Source: Octopus vulgaris (Eukaryota). From it: DNA of 64,000 nt. Location of the stretch: NCBI GenBank assembly GCA_951406725.2, contig OX597822.1, positions 18,166,001-18,230,000 on the forward strand. The letters are read 5' to 3'. The translations under genes were made by a program, and so were the position numbers. Within the stretch, counting starts at the first letter, position 1, and the number at the start of each line of letters is the position of its first letter. Shown here piece after piece: positions 13,395 through 27,662 of the stretch. A model generated the notes under the pieces. It made no database searches. It was not told the origin of the DNA and worked only from the letters and a program-made list of their open reading frames with translations.

Positions 13395-14640
13395 GGTATA
13401 CTTAGGCAGGGGAGAAGCAGAAAGGAGGAAGTTTACCAACGCTCTGCGGCATAAGGATCAAAAGCTTGAGATGTTTCAGATTGCAAACTAGTGTGTCAGA
13501 AAAAATTGTGATGTGGTAGGAGAGAAATGTGTTTGCATGGGTGATGGTTCACTTGCATGAATTGATTCTGCAAAGAAAGGGGTTTGGAAGTGCCACTATG
13601 AAAGGCTGCCAAATATAGAGAATGCATAGGAGGACAGCCTGCCTTATATGGACCCAGCAGAGGGGCCAGCTTTCCAAATCAACAATAGCTTAGTAGATAA
13701 AGCAATTAAGGATATGAAGACAAAGGAGACGTCTGGCCCATCAGGCGTCATTGCTGCTCAGATGCTTAAGATATTTGGTCAAGTGAGCAGATATGACCTC
13801 GTCGCCTGCATAGTTAATCAGGTTGTCCACGAGGAAGTGATACCTAACAATTGGTGTAGCAGCATTGTAGTCAACAGCTACAAAGGCAAAGATGATGCCT
13901 TCAACAGTTACAGAGGCATGAAATTGCTGGACCAGGTGATGGAAGTTACAGAAAGGATCATAGCTCAATTAATTAGGCAGAGAATTAGCACAGATGGTGA
14001 AGCAACTGCCAAAGTACTTGGTTAAAAATAAACCTTTGTATCTAATTTTTGTTGATATGGAGAAAGCCTTTGATGGTGTTATACACTCCCTTACCTGGTG
14101 GGGGGGTGGGGTGCAGAAGCTAGGGATAGATGAGTGGTTGGTCAGAGCTGTGAAAGCCATGTTTAGGGATGCTGTCAGTAAGATGAAAGTCATCAATGAG
14201 TATAGCAAGAAATTTAAGATTGGCTGCGCTTGGGGGCTCCTCTACATTGATGATCTTGTTTTTACTACTGAATCCCTTCTAGAACTAGAGAAGAAATTTC
14301 AGGTATAGAAGCAAGGTCTGGAATCAAAAGGCCTTAGAGTTAATTTAGCAAAGACCAATGTATTGGTAAGTAGGGAAACAGACAAATCACAGATGCCTTC
14401 AAGGAGATGGCCCTGCTTTATCTGCAGAAAATGTGTCCAGAGAAACACGATATGGTGTACCCAGTGCAAGCTATGAACACGGAAGGGGGTGCAGTGGTAT
14501 CACGGGAAGATTAACAGAGAAAATAGTCTTTACAAGTGGCAGATGTGCAGGTACGTTAAACACCAAGAATGTCGCAAAGTATAGACTCCCTCAAATGTCA
14601 GTGGGGATCCTTAGAAGTAGTAGAGTTTCTGCCCTTTAAG
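13395..14640 (+). mobile_element. RTE LINE ORF fragment (RT plus Cys-rich insert), multiple stops and deletions
   Basis: AIKDMK...SGPSG...IPNNWCSS...YKGKDDA...YRGMKLLDQVMEVTERII; FVDMEKAFD; LLYIDDLV; GLRVNLAKT; WPCFICRK...CTQCKL...CSGI...GRCAG. Confidence 0.9.
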
Positions 14641-14821
14641 GGGATTTTTCTTTCATCCCACAGGGTGTCCAAAGACCAAGCAGGCTTAGGGGTGTTGTTG
14701 GTTTACATATTTCTTATGATATAAATATGCGTGTGCATGTGCACATGCACGTGCATGTGCATTTGTGTGCATGTGTGTGTGTAGAAATACACACACACAC
14801 CCACACTCATATATTTAATTT

Positions 14822-15022
14822 GACTCCGCTGGTTATGACAGCAATTGTTCTAGTTGATTCGCTCACTGGAACAACCTGCTCATGAAATAAATGTGCAAAT
14901 GGCTGAGTACTCCACAGACAAAGCAAACCCTTAACCTACTTCACAAGGAGACACAGAATGTGGCATGGCTGGCTCTTTGAATTACAGATACAACTCACTT
15001 TTACCAGCCGAGTGAACTGCAA
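14822..15022 (-). mobile_element. SINE 3' portion, related to the 56015 and 58087 family
   Basis: Reverse complement matches 'gtacctgtatttcaaagggccagcc...gttaagggt...gtctgtggagtactcagccacttgcac...gagcaggctgttcc'. Confidence 0.6.
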
Positions 15023-15074
15023 TAGATAATATATAAATAAATAACATATAAATTACATATAAATAAATAATTCA

Positions 15075-16608
15075 TCTCTTATTATAAAAGGCAGATTTTA
15101 TCTGCCTCCCTTTGTATCTTATAGAAATCTACAATATAGGATTTCTTCAATTACAATTTACCTAGCATTTTTAAGAGTAGAATGCATCGGGTCGTGCCAG
15201 GTCCAGTTTTTAAAATTTCAACCCCAATTAAGCAAAATTTAGAGAAAACTCACATTGTGGTATGTATGTCAAATGCTTTTCTTAGTGTGGGCTACACCAC
15301 ATGCACACACACAGTGTGCAACGAATAAAGTGAAAGTAATTCACTTTTTGTAATGAGTGACTCTTTCACTCTGCATTCCCACTTCCTCTTTACACACATA
15401 GACACGCAAATATATAAATAAAATTGTAAGCTAACGTGTGTGTGTGCGTGTGGTGAATCCGACAGCGATAAAGAAAATGAATTGGCACCTGAATGGAGTG
15501 AAAATTTAAAAACTGTTTCTTTCGGTGATTTTTCTGAAGAAACTGGACCAAGCCACAGACTTTCCCAGAAGAGTAAAGCCTTAAACTATTTCTTTTCACT
15601 TTTTCGAATGAGCCTATTTGAAATCATTACGGCGGAAACGAACTGTTACGCTAAAATGTAAACAAAACGAAAGAAAGGATAGTTTGTTATTTCCCACAAC
15701 CTTAAATGAAATTAAGGCCTATTTTGCCATAAATATTATTATGGGTATCAGAAAGTTACCCAGAATAACAAATTCTATCGTAAAATTTTGTTGTATACCC
15801 AACTGAATATTAGCTAATAACCCATTTTCTATAGCGATGTTTGAACAAAATTTTAATAATTTTATATATTGTTGAATTTACCTGTATCTACCTGCAATTA
15901 GAGTCACTTTGTGACAAAAATTATAGTATAGAATTGGTTGAGAACATTTCATTAAATTATCTTCCAAAATTCATGTTAATATATTGATAAATAAAAATGT
16001 TATTGTTGTTTAATGAAACCAGACTAAATTTATGATTACGTTAGAAAATAATTGAAACACATAAGGGGTGTATTTTGGTCAGAAATATAGTAACGAAAGG
16101 GTTAAGAAAAACCAAAAAATATTTTATTCTTTATAAATGTTGTGTTCAAAATAACATTTTCTTTTAAGAATGTGTATATAACAAAGTATGTGTATATAAC
16201 TACGTGGCTTATATCTTTATATATAAAACTGAAGTTGTGTGTCTGTCTCCTACGATTTAGATTCGTAACTACTCCCACATTTTGCGGTGCAGTTTCACCA
16301 AAAGCGGGTATCTTAAAGTCGCGAGTCATATCGAGCCCTTCTGGGTATTAGCGCGCGTCTACGATGAGTCTACGATTTAAAAAAATTTACCATCGTATTT
16401 TTCCATTTTAATGCATTTTTTTCGCTATTATATAAGGGAAGTAACTCTCTAAAAATATCTACGATGTGTCAACGATTAAAAAAAAATTTACCTTAATTTT
16501 TTTCCATTTTTAATGCATTTTTTTGCTATTTTTTGGCTATAACTCTCTAAAAATGCTTATATAGTTATTTCCCTTACAAACTCGAGCAACGCCGGGTGAT
16601 ACTGCTAG
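15075..16608 (+). mobile_element. Composite non-autonomous Helitron (two 5' TC ends, one 3' CTAG end)
   Basis: A|TCTCTTATTATAAAA at 15075 and A|TCTTTATATATAAAA at 16214. 3' hairpin 'ctcgagcaacgccggg' then CTAG|T at 16605-16609. ~100-bp internal tandem duplication at 16358-16555. Confidence 0.7.
15455..16105 (+). pseudogene. piggyBac (PGBD4-like) transposase N-terminal fragment plus right terminus
   Basis: SDSDKENE...FSEETGP...ALNYFFSLF..SLFEIITAETNCYA / TTLNEIKAYFAINIIMGIRKLPRI is typical of DDE_Tnp_1_7 N-termini. Ends in ...GAAAGGG|TTAA at 16095-16105. Confidence 0.75.
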
Positions 16609-19600
16609 TATATCTATATGAATAAAATTGTGATATCACTAATTCTGCACCAACTGCTACCAGATATTTGGATTGTATAAACGCTTCCAAACAATTGTGT
16701 TGTTCAGTCATGAAAAATATCCAGCTTTCTACCAAACTTCCAAATTTTGTTTTTATTTCCCTTCCACCCCCACCCCCACCACTACCACCACCACCACCAC
16801 CACTACCACCACCACCACCACCACCACCACTACCACCACTATAGAAATAAATCCTAGAACTTGAAGCATTAAGAATCATTAACAGTAGGTGTTATATTGG
16901 ATTAACATTTTTATGACTGGCAGGAATTAATTGGGGGTAGGGTGGGAGGAAGAAGAAATAATGTTTCAGTAGAAATTTTTATTTCTGTTGTGTTTAAACT
17001 GGTTACATTTTCAGAAAGAATTTATCATCTTTTAAAAGCCAACAGAAGAGCATCTGAATATCCTCTTAAGTCAGCTAAATTTCACTTAATTACCAAGTTT
17101 CATTTGCGTGGATTATTAAGGTCCAAAGTTTTGTGTTATAAGTTTGAAAAGCGAAAGAGACAGAGACAATAATACTAATGTGCAGGACTGGTTGTGGCAT
17201 TATGAGGTTCACTTCTTATCATAATGGTTCTGGGTTCAATCCCCCTGTGCTGCACTTTGGATAAGTGTTCTTATTGTCTTCCATTATAGCCTCTGCTGAC
17301 CAACGTCTTGTAAGTTGACTTGGTGGATGGGAACTGAAAATATATGGTTGCACACACACACACATCATCATCATCGTCATCGTCATCATTATCAACATCA
17401 TCATTATCATTGTCATTTTCAATGCTGGAGTGGGTTGGACAGTTTGACAGAGGTTGACTGGCCAGAGGATTGCACCAAGTTCCACTGTCTGCTTTGGCAG
17501 GGTTTTTACAGCTGGATACCATTCCTAGTGCCAGCCACTTTTACAGAGTGGACTGAGGGCTTTTTACATGACACCAGCACCTGTGAGGCCTACCTTGGTT
17601 TGGTTTTGTGGCTGGCTGCTCTTTACATGTATACAATGTAAGGGCAGATAGCTTAGTAGTTACAGTGTTGAACTCATAATTGTGAGATTATGTGTTCAAT
17701 CCCCCGACCAAGTTGTGTGTTGTGTTCCTGAGTGAAACACTTCATCTTGTATTGCTCTGCAATCGACACCTGGCGTGTGGTGCACTTTGCACCTGTACAA
17801 ATAATATTGATTTTGTTGGAGAGAGCTAATATACAGCACAAACATTTGATCACTATGAAACGAATCACTCGTGCAGGTTGCTCAGCAAGAAATTACAGAA
17901 CCATTTTTCTCAGACTCAAGAGACTACCATTAACCCCCCCACACACACACACACAATGGGCTTCTTCCACTTTCTGTCTTTCAAATCCACACACACAAGA
18001 CTTTGGTCAGCTCAAGGCTACAGTAGAGGACACTTGTTCAAGAAGTCACACAGCTGGATTGGATTCAAGACCACATGGTTTGGAAGTAAATTTCTTAACC
18101 ACATAAAACTCACCATTGCTTGGAATTTTTTAACCAAGATTTTCGTTGGCTCCAGCTGAATTTTTTTTTATTTTTTTAGCTGACTCCTCCTCATTTTACT
18201 CTTGTGGTTGTTACTTGGCTACAACTGCCTTTTTATGGAATTTTAGTTCCATTAGTATTATTGTCCTTCACAAATAATTATTGCTATAACTAGGCTGTTT
18301 ATGTCATGGTTATAGACTTTAAAAAAATAAACAAAACAAATATAACGAGTACTCTGTTCAAATTAACCCAAAATAGTTCAAAATCTTATTTGATTATACA
18401 TAAAATGAAATAAGAAAAGAAAAGCATTCTGTGTAGTGGAAACTCTCAGGAAATGATCAACCATACTGAAGTGAGTAATTTTCAATTGATGTTGAACAAA
18501 TTCTCATCCGAAAGCAAATCTCCTATATATTTCTTATTTATTTTTCCTGCACTTTTTAGTTTTTAGTTTGTTTTTTTTCTTTCTCTCTCATTTAAATATT
18601 CATATCCCAGCAAACTGAGAATTGAAATGATACTTCCATTGACAGGAGTTCATCTTTGTTATTATTATTATTATTGTTGTTGTTGTTGTTGACTTATTTC
18701 AGTGAAAATCTCCTTTAAAGATATTCAACAGCCTGCAGTAGGATAACAAAACTAAAAACAAACACAACCAAACCAAACATAAAATCCAGAAGGCAAACTG
18801 GAGAGGAAGAAAGAAAAATAATGAAATTTATTTGTACTTTTAGCTTTATTTGTTTATTTTTGTCTTTGAAAACCTGTTCTGTATTTTGTGAATTAAATTT
18901 TAATAGACATTTATTTGAATCCTATTTGATGTAAGCCTCCCAGGGATTTCCTGTCGTCTTACTTCATCAGTTTTAAGTGGTGATGGGAATAATATTCTTA
19001 CTTTTATTTGTAACTAATTTTGAAAGCTTGTCTTTTGTTGTGTCTTTTGTTAATCTATTGTAGAAGACTTTTTGTTGAAGACAACAAAACTGGAACTTCA
19101 TAGTTTGAAATTGTGAATTCTTCCTTTGCTATTAGATCAATGGGAGTGATTACAACACTATATTCTTGTGGTATGACTTGGGAATTTTAGATGGTATTAT
19201 GGAAAACTGGCATCATCCTGTTGGATATGTCTGTGACCCTGACATTTCTTAACTAAAACTTGATCAAGTCTTAGAACAACAATTTTCATCATTGGTTTAT
19301 ATACTCAGAACTAGATTTGTGATTTTGTTATGTCACTGGATCAAATCTTAACATAAAAACTGATGGCATGTCTCAGCTTTTCTCTTTTGTCTTCTACTAG
19401 TTCCAGTTATTGGACGGCGGTCCTGTCGGAGGCACCAAGTTGACAGATTGAGTTTGAACAAATCAGTCTCAGTACTTGGTTTTAAATCTAGAACATATTC
19501 TATCAGTTATGAGGTTGTAACCAAGCCAATACCAGCTGTCAAGTTGTGGTGTGGGGACACACACATCCACAGGCATGTATATGGTTTGTATATAAGTGTG

Positions 19601-21627
19601 TGTGTATGTGAGGAGATTTGGCACACTTTATTCCTCCTACCAAATCCACGTACTAGAGTAGAGGACTGTGTCACCCAAGATGGCACAGTGGAACATTTTT
19701 CCTCTCTTTGCTTTTACTATTTAGTCTAAATAAGAGCAACAGTGTTCAGAGCTGTGCCAGGCTTTGTCACATTAGCAAAATCATAGAGAATGATCTTCAG
19801 TGAAATCTTTTTTTATCTTCTACCTCCATCATTCTCTTTTTGTTTGACATATATGTGTTTATTTCAATCAAAATTTCTGAAAATGTTGTAAAAGTTACTC
19901 AGCAGTGTCTGCTTCTTTTGTCCAAGAATTTCTCTATGATTCTGATGATGTGGATAATTGATAAAGCCAATTCTTGCATAAAACAGTTGAGAACTGCCAA
20001 AGACGAACTAACAAAGGCCGTGGTTTTAGTTGTGTCCTTTAGTTTTTCTTCAACTTTCAGGGATTTAGTTTCTCTCTTTTATCACAACTACTGACATTTT
20101 GAGGTCCGAATTTAGCTGCTCTTTGAAATTGTGAGAAAAATAATGCTCTTGATGTTTTTCGCAATAATTAATTCATTGCAAAAGATTTGATGAAAAAATC
20201 TCTCCCCTCTCAGACTAACATGTTTTAATTCTTGTGGCTGATGTTTCATTCATCTTCACTGATTGACTGCATTGACCACTGGTGTTTTCCAAGAGTGCAT
20301 TGTATACTATATAAAACATATATTTTATATGATATTACATAACACATCTTATTTTACTAATGAAAATATCAATTATTATTCAATTAACCTTTAATAAAAC
20401 TAATTATAAAGCAACAAAAATTGTCTTATATTAAAATTACGTTGTTATTGTTTTGTGTGTGTTTGTGCTTTCATTGATGTTCGTGAAGTAGAGAGGGAAA
20501 ATAAACAGCGATTTTCTTTCATTGAATGATACATCAAACATAAGAGCTGATAATTATGAAATTAATTGCAATTATCTATTATGAGGGAGAACCAGCAAGC
20601 TATAGAGAGAAAAAGCAAAGAATAGAAATATATATACATATCACATCATCATGATCATCCTTTTAACACCCACTTCTCCATGCTCATTAGATCGACAGGG
20701 GTAGGGATTTTATGGTTGGAGGCCCTTCTTGTCTCCAGCCCTCACTTTTTTCTAAGATACATATTTTTCCCATGGACAAATATGTTTGATATTGGAATTA
20801 AAGTTCACCCCATGTTTGACACTGGTACTTATTTACAATCACCACATGTTTCCAAGACAAGAAGACATGCACACATACGACTGGCTTCTTTCATTTTCTG
20901 TCAACTAATTCCACTGTCAAGGCTTTGGTCAGTCGAGGGCTGTTCTAGAAGTCATTTGGCCAAAGTGCCATACAGTGGAATTGATACTGAAACTGTGTGG
21001 TTGGGAAATAAACTTCCAGTTTTGTCCCTCTTCAAAACATTACCAAGTTTATCCCAGACAGCACTTCTCAGCCATTTCCTTGTTCTGTGTCATCATCTTC
21101 GTTGGCATTAACACTGGTGCAACCACAACTATTTTCATCATTGTTCATCACCATTGTCATCATCATCAAAATAATTATCTTCATTGCCTTCTTCTTCTTT
21201 GTAGACATTGTCCTAATAATTATATAATTTCTTCATCAGGAATTAATAGAGTTGAAGATAATCTTCAAATTTTTACTAATTAGTGAAAAAGTGTTGCAAA
21301 TTACAAATTGATATGAATTAACAAAGCCATAGAAAGAAATGTCTTGCATTGAAATTCTTTATTCACCAACTTCCATGAACACATGAAGCACGTCCACGTA
21401 AAATGATATCTGAACAGCAGAGACTGGAGAGATGCATGCAACAAATAAGGAAACACAAACCGATTTGTTTTATCTTTATTCTCTTGGAATTTCTTCATCC
21501 ATTTATTTTGAATTTGGGTTGCCACGTTTCCTTTGACCAAATTTCATTCCCAAGTCATTGGTGAACTCAAGGCTATAGAAGCCCATGGTGGGATCAAACT
21601 TGAAACTATGTGACTGAATTATCTGCT

Positions 21628-21629
21628 TG

Positions 21630-21682
<53 letters not shown>

Positions 21683-21742
21683 TTATCTGTCTGTCTGTCT
21701 GTCTGTCTGTATGTCTGTCTGTCTGTCTATCTATATATCTAT

Positions 21743-21794
<52 letters not shown>

Positions 21795-21819
21795 TTATCT
21801 CTCTATCTCTATCTCTCTC

Positions 21820-21856
<37 letters not shown>
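21628..21856. repeat. (TATC)n/(TGTC)n tetranucleotide microsatellite
   Basis: Seen directly. Confidence 0.95.
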
Positions 21857-22967
21857 GCACACACACACACACATATATATATATATTAGTCCTGTTCTAT
21901 TTTATAATTTTAATCTTATTATAAATCCATTTTTTTTTTATGCAATGAGAAAGTTTGTTCTATCTCACAAATAGAATTTCATGGCCTCATTTCCTAAGTA
22001 ATGATTAAGATTTAAATAGATTCATTACATTGAAAGATAATATCAAAGTTTTTTCACTGACTGCTTTTGGGAGGTGGTTGAGTATATCTAAGTCATCTCT
22101 AATGAAACTTCCTAATGTGCTTGAGGAATAGTCTGAGTGGAATATCTAAAACAAAATTACTCCGATGGAGATGGTCGGTTTCTCATGTTAGACCAACTAT
22201 TATTGATATCAATTTCAGATTATTTGATGAGGAGACATGATGTATATGTCAGCGTTTCTTTTGCATGCTTCATTTATTTTCTCACTTTGGTGAACTTTGG
22301 TCTGCTAGAGAAGAGGCCTCTTTAATTGTCATTTACCTTTATCTTTAATTTTCATTTCTTTATCATCTTAACTTGTCTCATTCGCTCCTGCTGAAGAAGT
22401 TTGTTTTGTGTTTTGTTTGTCTATTGATTTGTGTCATTCAAAATATATTCCCAGAAATTGTTTAGGGTTCCATGACCTCTTACTGAGGTGGTGTTTCTTA
22501 CTGTCAACTTGTCGAGGTTTTTTTTTTGTACCATTCTTTGTGAGTTTTAATTTTCTGCAGAATTCAGAAATTTCTTTGTAGTTGTGTCATTGAAAGGTTG
22601 ATGTGAATTTGAGTCCTTTTGAGACTAGTTTTTGGTGTACTTAATTCTTTTTTTTTTCATATATAAAATAATGACTTTTTTTTATTAATTTTGGTTTCTC
22701 ATGTTTGCACAGTGCCACAGAGTACCTCTGTTCCTGGGGACAGGTTATAGTAAAAATGGTTAGAGTAATCAGGCTGTTTGACATTATTAATGTATCACCA
22801 AGAACACAGGTATGGCTCTGGTTAAGAAGTTTGTCTCCCAACCATGTGGTTTGGGGATCAGTCCCACTGTGTTCTGCTTTGGGCAGGCACCTCCTATGAT
22901 AGCCTCAGGTCAACCAAAGTTTTGTAACTGGATTTTCTAGATGGTAACTGAAAGATCACATACGCGT

Positions 22968-23042
<75 letters not shown>

Positions 23043-24298
23043 TGTGCCTGTCTGCCTGCATCTGTCTCTGTATGAATGAATTTATTCTTCTTTCTCATTC
23101 ACACATGCATTTTGTTGGTTGGTAAGCAGTGGCCTTGCTGATGGTGTCATTTACTCGCAGTCCATTCTAAAAGTATGACCAGGATTCTTGACTTGTGCAG
23201 ACTTTTTCCTTGATCTTTCTAAACAAGAGACTCATTTTGGTATCATCTGCTTCCTTTTCTCCACAAAAGCATGATTGGACTGTTTGTTGTTTGATTATTA
23301 TCTCATTTGGAAACAAGCAGGGTTTGGTGACAGGAAGGGCATCTGGCCTTAGAAAACTCTGTCCCAACATGCTCTTGTCTGAACTATGCAAGCACAGAAG
23401 GCGAGACGCTTAAATAATGTCGATGAAGGCAATGATAATGGTGATTCATTTATATACATGCATACCTACCTACCTACCTATATACATACATACATTACAT
23501 GCACGCAAAAATACATATGTATACATACACACACATCCAAAATATATGCACACATACCCACAGGCACATAATAATTAAGAACTGACAACAGGTAAAACAA
23601 ACAGAACAAAATAACAAAGTAACCAGACATTTTCATCATATATATATATACTACATGTACATATACACACGTACACATATTCTCTCTCTCACACACACAT
23701 ACACGTATGCATGTCTTTTATAAAGATTGCATTTAGTGATTCCATTTTAATCAGGCTTCGTTGCAATAAAGTATTTGGTTTTTTGAATATTTCTTTTATT
23801 TGTGAATTGTCGTGATGTGAAGACAAAAGGCCGCATATTCCAACATCCACAGCCACACACCGATATTGGCATCGAAAACTGCAGGAGTGTGTTAAGATTA
23901 AATTGCCTGTGTCATTGATAACAAGTGTTCTGGTGTTGCTGTCACATTTTTCCTTCTGTTGTGTTCATCTTGATTGCTGCTACAATGTGCACAGGCTTTT
24001 GTGTTTAGCATTTTATAAATTTATAGGAAAAGAGAGAGGGAGAGAGAGAGAGAGAGAGAGGTGGTTATGGGGGTGGGTAGTCAAGCAGAGTGATAGAGAG
24101 AAAGACAAGGAGAAAGAGATAGAGAGTGAGAGTCAAAAAGTTTTGGTTGTGTAAACAAAAAGGTCATAATGAAAAGAAAAATTAGGTGATGCATATGTGT
24201 GTGTGTGTGTTCATATATTTCCATACATTCATATGTATATATGCATATATGTACGTGCATATGTATGTTTATATATATTCATACACACTCATACACAA

Positions 24299-24338
<40 letters not shown>

Positions 24339-24417
24339 ATATACATATATATATATATATATATATCGTCCAACCCGTGCTAGCATGGAAAACGGATGTT
24401 AAACGATGATGATGATG

Positions 24418-24506
<89 letters not shown>

Positions 24507-24959
24507 GTATATGTATGTGTGTGGGTGTGGGTGTGTGTGTGTTATGAGCCTGAAGAAGTAGGTGGGTGGGTGTAGAAAATATTTTATAAATTTACTTTAC
24601 CAACAACTGATTATCATGAAATTTCTGTGTGAACATTTAAAAGAGATTTCAAAATAGATTACAATTATTCTCCTCACTTTTCTGGCATGCGGTATTTCCT
24701 ATATTGTATTCAGTAGAAATACACTGTATAAATGTATTCTATTGCCTACAGTTATAGAAGTGTGTTTGTGTGTTGAAAAAAAAATTGGGTCTAAGAGGCA
24801 TCAGATTTTGTGTTTAAGAGAGAAGTCGATTGGGGGTGGGGGCAGTGGAAGAGGCAGGTGTAATTCACAGAAGAGGGTGAATGAGTCACTGTAATATGGG
24901 TGGAGAGTACAATACTTCCAGAATTCAGTTTCACTGAGAAGGGTGGTTCTTTTCAAGAA

Positions 24960-25772
24960 TCCCATATTACCAGATATCCTGGTCTTTTGTCATTTCCTAC
25001 ATCAGACCCAGGATCAAGAGGTCAGCCTTAACTACTTCATTCCATGTCCTCTTGGGTCTCCCTTTACTGCAAGTTCCAGCCACATTTAGCAATCGGCATT
25101 TCTTTACACAGCTGCTCTTATTCAGATGCATCAAATGTCCATACCAGTGTAGTCTTCTTTCTTGCAGATAACAACAACTGACTCCTCTAATGGCCAGTTT
25201 TTTCACTCAGCCCCTTTGTACTAATTATTTCATGCACACTTACACTGCACATCTAGTAGTGCATGCTTGTTTCATTTCTTTCCAGCTTTTTGAAGGTCTA
25301 TGTTTCACTATTATGTAGCATTGCAATTCTAACACAAACACCATACAGTCTGCCTTTTACTCTTAGGGAAAGATCTGTCATTAGCAGTGTTAGTAGCTCC
25401 CTGAACTTTCTCCAACCAGTTCTCCCTCTAGCTACTCTACTTTCAGAGCAACCACATCCATTGCTAATTACATCTCCCATGTAACAAAAATTATCAACTA
25501 CTTCTAATAAACTGTCTGGCCATTTGACTTGCAGTGTCATCCTCATACAAACTGCTCCAGTACAGGCACCACATTTGAAGCCCACATTTTTGGATAGTCT
25601 GCTAGGGATTCTTGAGTGTCCACTGCTTCCATTGAGTACTGTGTATGGAGCTTATACTTCTTTTCTACAAATTGTGCAAGGCCATTTCCCTGAAGGCACT
25701 AGGCTCTTGTTTTCTTTGCTAGGTTTGCCTTAAGGCCTCTAAACACTAGGTTTCGCTTCCATGCCTGGAAAT
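24960..25772 (-). mobile_element. RTE LINE 3' ORF fragment
   Basis: FQAWK...GLKANLAK; WPCTICRK...FKCGAC; LEVVDNFCYMGD...GWRKFRELL...SLRVKGRLYGVCVR..MLHNSET*; RRLHWYGH...GRPKRTWNEVVKADL. Confidence 0.88.
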
Positions 25773-25778
25773 TATATA

Positions 25779-26062
25779 TGTGGCACCTTGGGCAAGTGTC
25801 TTCTACTATAGCCCCAGGCCGACCAAAGCCTTGTGAGTGGATTTGGTAGACGGAAACTGAAAGGAGCCCATCGTATATATGTATATATATGTGTGTTTGT
25901 GTTTGTCCCCCCAACATCGCTTGACAACCGATGCTGGTATGTTTACATCCCCATAACTTAGTGGTAGAATAAGTACTAGGCTTACAACAAATAAATTCAT
26001 TGCTCAACTAAAGGTGGTGCTCCAGCATGGCCAAAGTCAAATGACTGAGACAAGTAAAAACA
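25779..26062 (+). mobile_element. Family A SINE, 5'-truncated
   Basis: 'tggcaccttgggcaagtgtcttctactatagcc...ggaaactgaaaggagccc', tail 'ccagcatggcc...aatgactgagacaagtaaaa'. Reverse copies of the tail at ~37990, 42465, 56565, 59735, 61375. Confidence 0.75.
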
Positions 26063-26083
26063 GAATATATATTTATATATGTA

Positions 26084-26221
26084 CTTTATTTAAAAGCAGC
26101 ATAAAATTCAACAAAACCTGTTACTCTGAGTTTCACGTTCCCGTTCGTCGGACTCGACAAATGGTAATGTGAAACTCAGAGTAACAGGTTTTGTTGAATT
26201 TTCTGCTGCTTTTAAATAAAG
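26084..26221. repeat. 67-bp-arm inverted repeat carrying hammerhead-like motifs (PLE pLTR-like)
   Basis: Arms 26084-26150 and 26155-26221 with a 4-nt spacer. Minus strand reads gt-CCGACGA-acg-ggaa-cgt-GAAA-ctc-a-gag-TA-ac. Confidence 0.8.
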
Positions 26222-27032
26222 CATATTACTCTACCACTGGTATTTGAGTACTCTTTTTTCCACCTTGTTTCACATTTATGTGTTTACTCCAGTATATATA
26301 TATATATATCATCATCATCATCGTTTAACATCCGCTTTCCATGCTAGCATGGGTTGGACGATTTTGACTGAGGGCTGGTGAACATACACACACACACACA
26401 CTGAACAAACATAGTTTCTATCTACCAAATTTACTCACAAGCTATGCTGTGGTACTGAACACAAAACAATTTGGTTAAAAAGCGACAACGCAAACTTCTT
26501 AACAACAGAGCCATGCCCAGTGCCCACATGCATCTGTATACATACACACACACATGTATATACACACACACACATACACACACACACACATATATGTTTA
26601 TACACGCATGCACACACACACACACACACACACGCAGAATTGTTTGCTTCACCAAGAACATCAGTTCTGTGCAATCCGTATCCTTTTAGGGATTGTTCAT
26701 TGCAGAAAAACTGCCGAAAATTTCACCGTTTCATCGAATCACTGCCATAAACATTTGAAAAGTTTCCCGTATTTACTCTGACTGCAATAAACACGCTTTC
26801 CATATTGGGTTTATAAACATTGTCACAGTTGCAGAAAAGGGTAGCATTTTATGGACAGGAGTAGGGGTTAGTGAGTGGGGGTTAAATTTTTCATCTCCAT
26901 CTACACCAACGCATATATGCACACACACTGACAATCACACACACACACATGTAAGCTGCTTTATAATAGGTTTGTATGTACAAACTTGTATAATTTTACA
27001 TTGGTTTATTCACCCATATATGTTTATATGTA

Positions 27033-27085
<53 letters not shown>

Positions 27086-27374
27086 AATGTTGCTAATGGG
27101 TTGATGGAACTTATTTTCAACAGTTTTGTAAGCTGAACTGATTTCATCACTTTTTTGCCTGTTTCTGTTTAGGCGTCTTTATAAATGTGTTTATAAATCT
27201 CTTTAGTTTTATGTCGTGTTTGATTGTGTTTATAAACAGATGTGGACTTTTGTGTAGGTGTGTGACTATACAAGCACGTGTGTATAGATAGATATATGTG
27301 TGCATGCATGTGTTGTGTATGTATGTGTGTATAAGGTGGATGTTAAAAAATGATGATGATGATACATATATATA

Positions 27375-27625
27375 TCATCATCATCATCATCGTTTAACAT
27401 CTGCTTTCCATGCTAGCATGGGTTGGATGATTTGACTGAGGTCTGGCGAACCAGATGGCTGCACCAGGCTCCAGTCTGATCTGGCAGAGTTTCTACAGAT
27501 GGATGCCCTTCCTAACGCCAACCACTCTGAGAGTGTAGTGGGTGCTTTCACATGCCACCGGCACGAGGGCCAGTCAGGCGGTACTGGCAACAGCCACACT
27601 CAAATGGCGCTTTTTATGTGCCACC

Positions 27626-27628
<3 letters not shown>
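27375..27628 (-). mobile_element. RTE 3'-UTR copy
   Basis: Reverse complement of the conserved RTE tail with (GAT)n. Confidence 0.8.
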
Positions 27629-27662
<34 letters not shown>

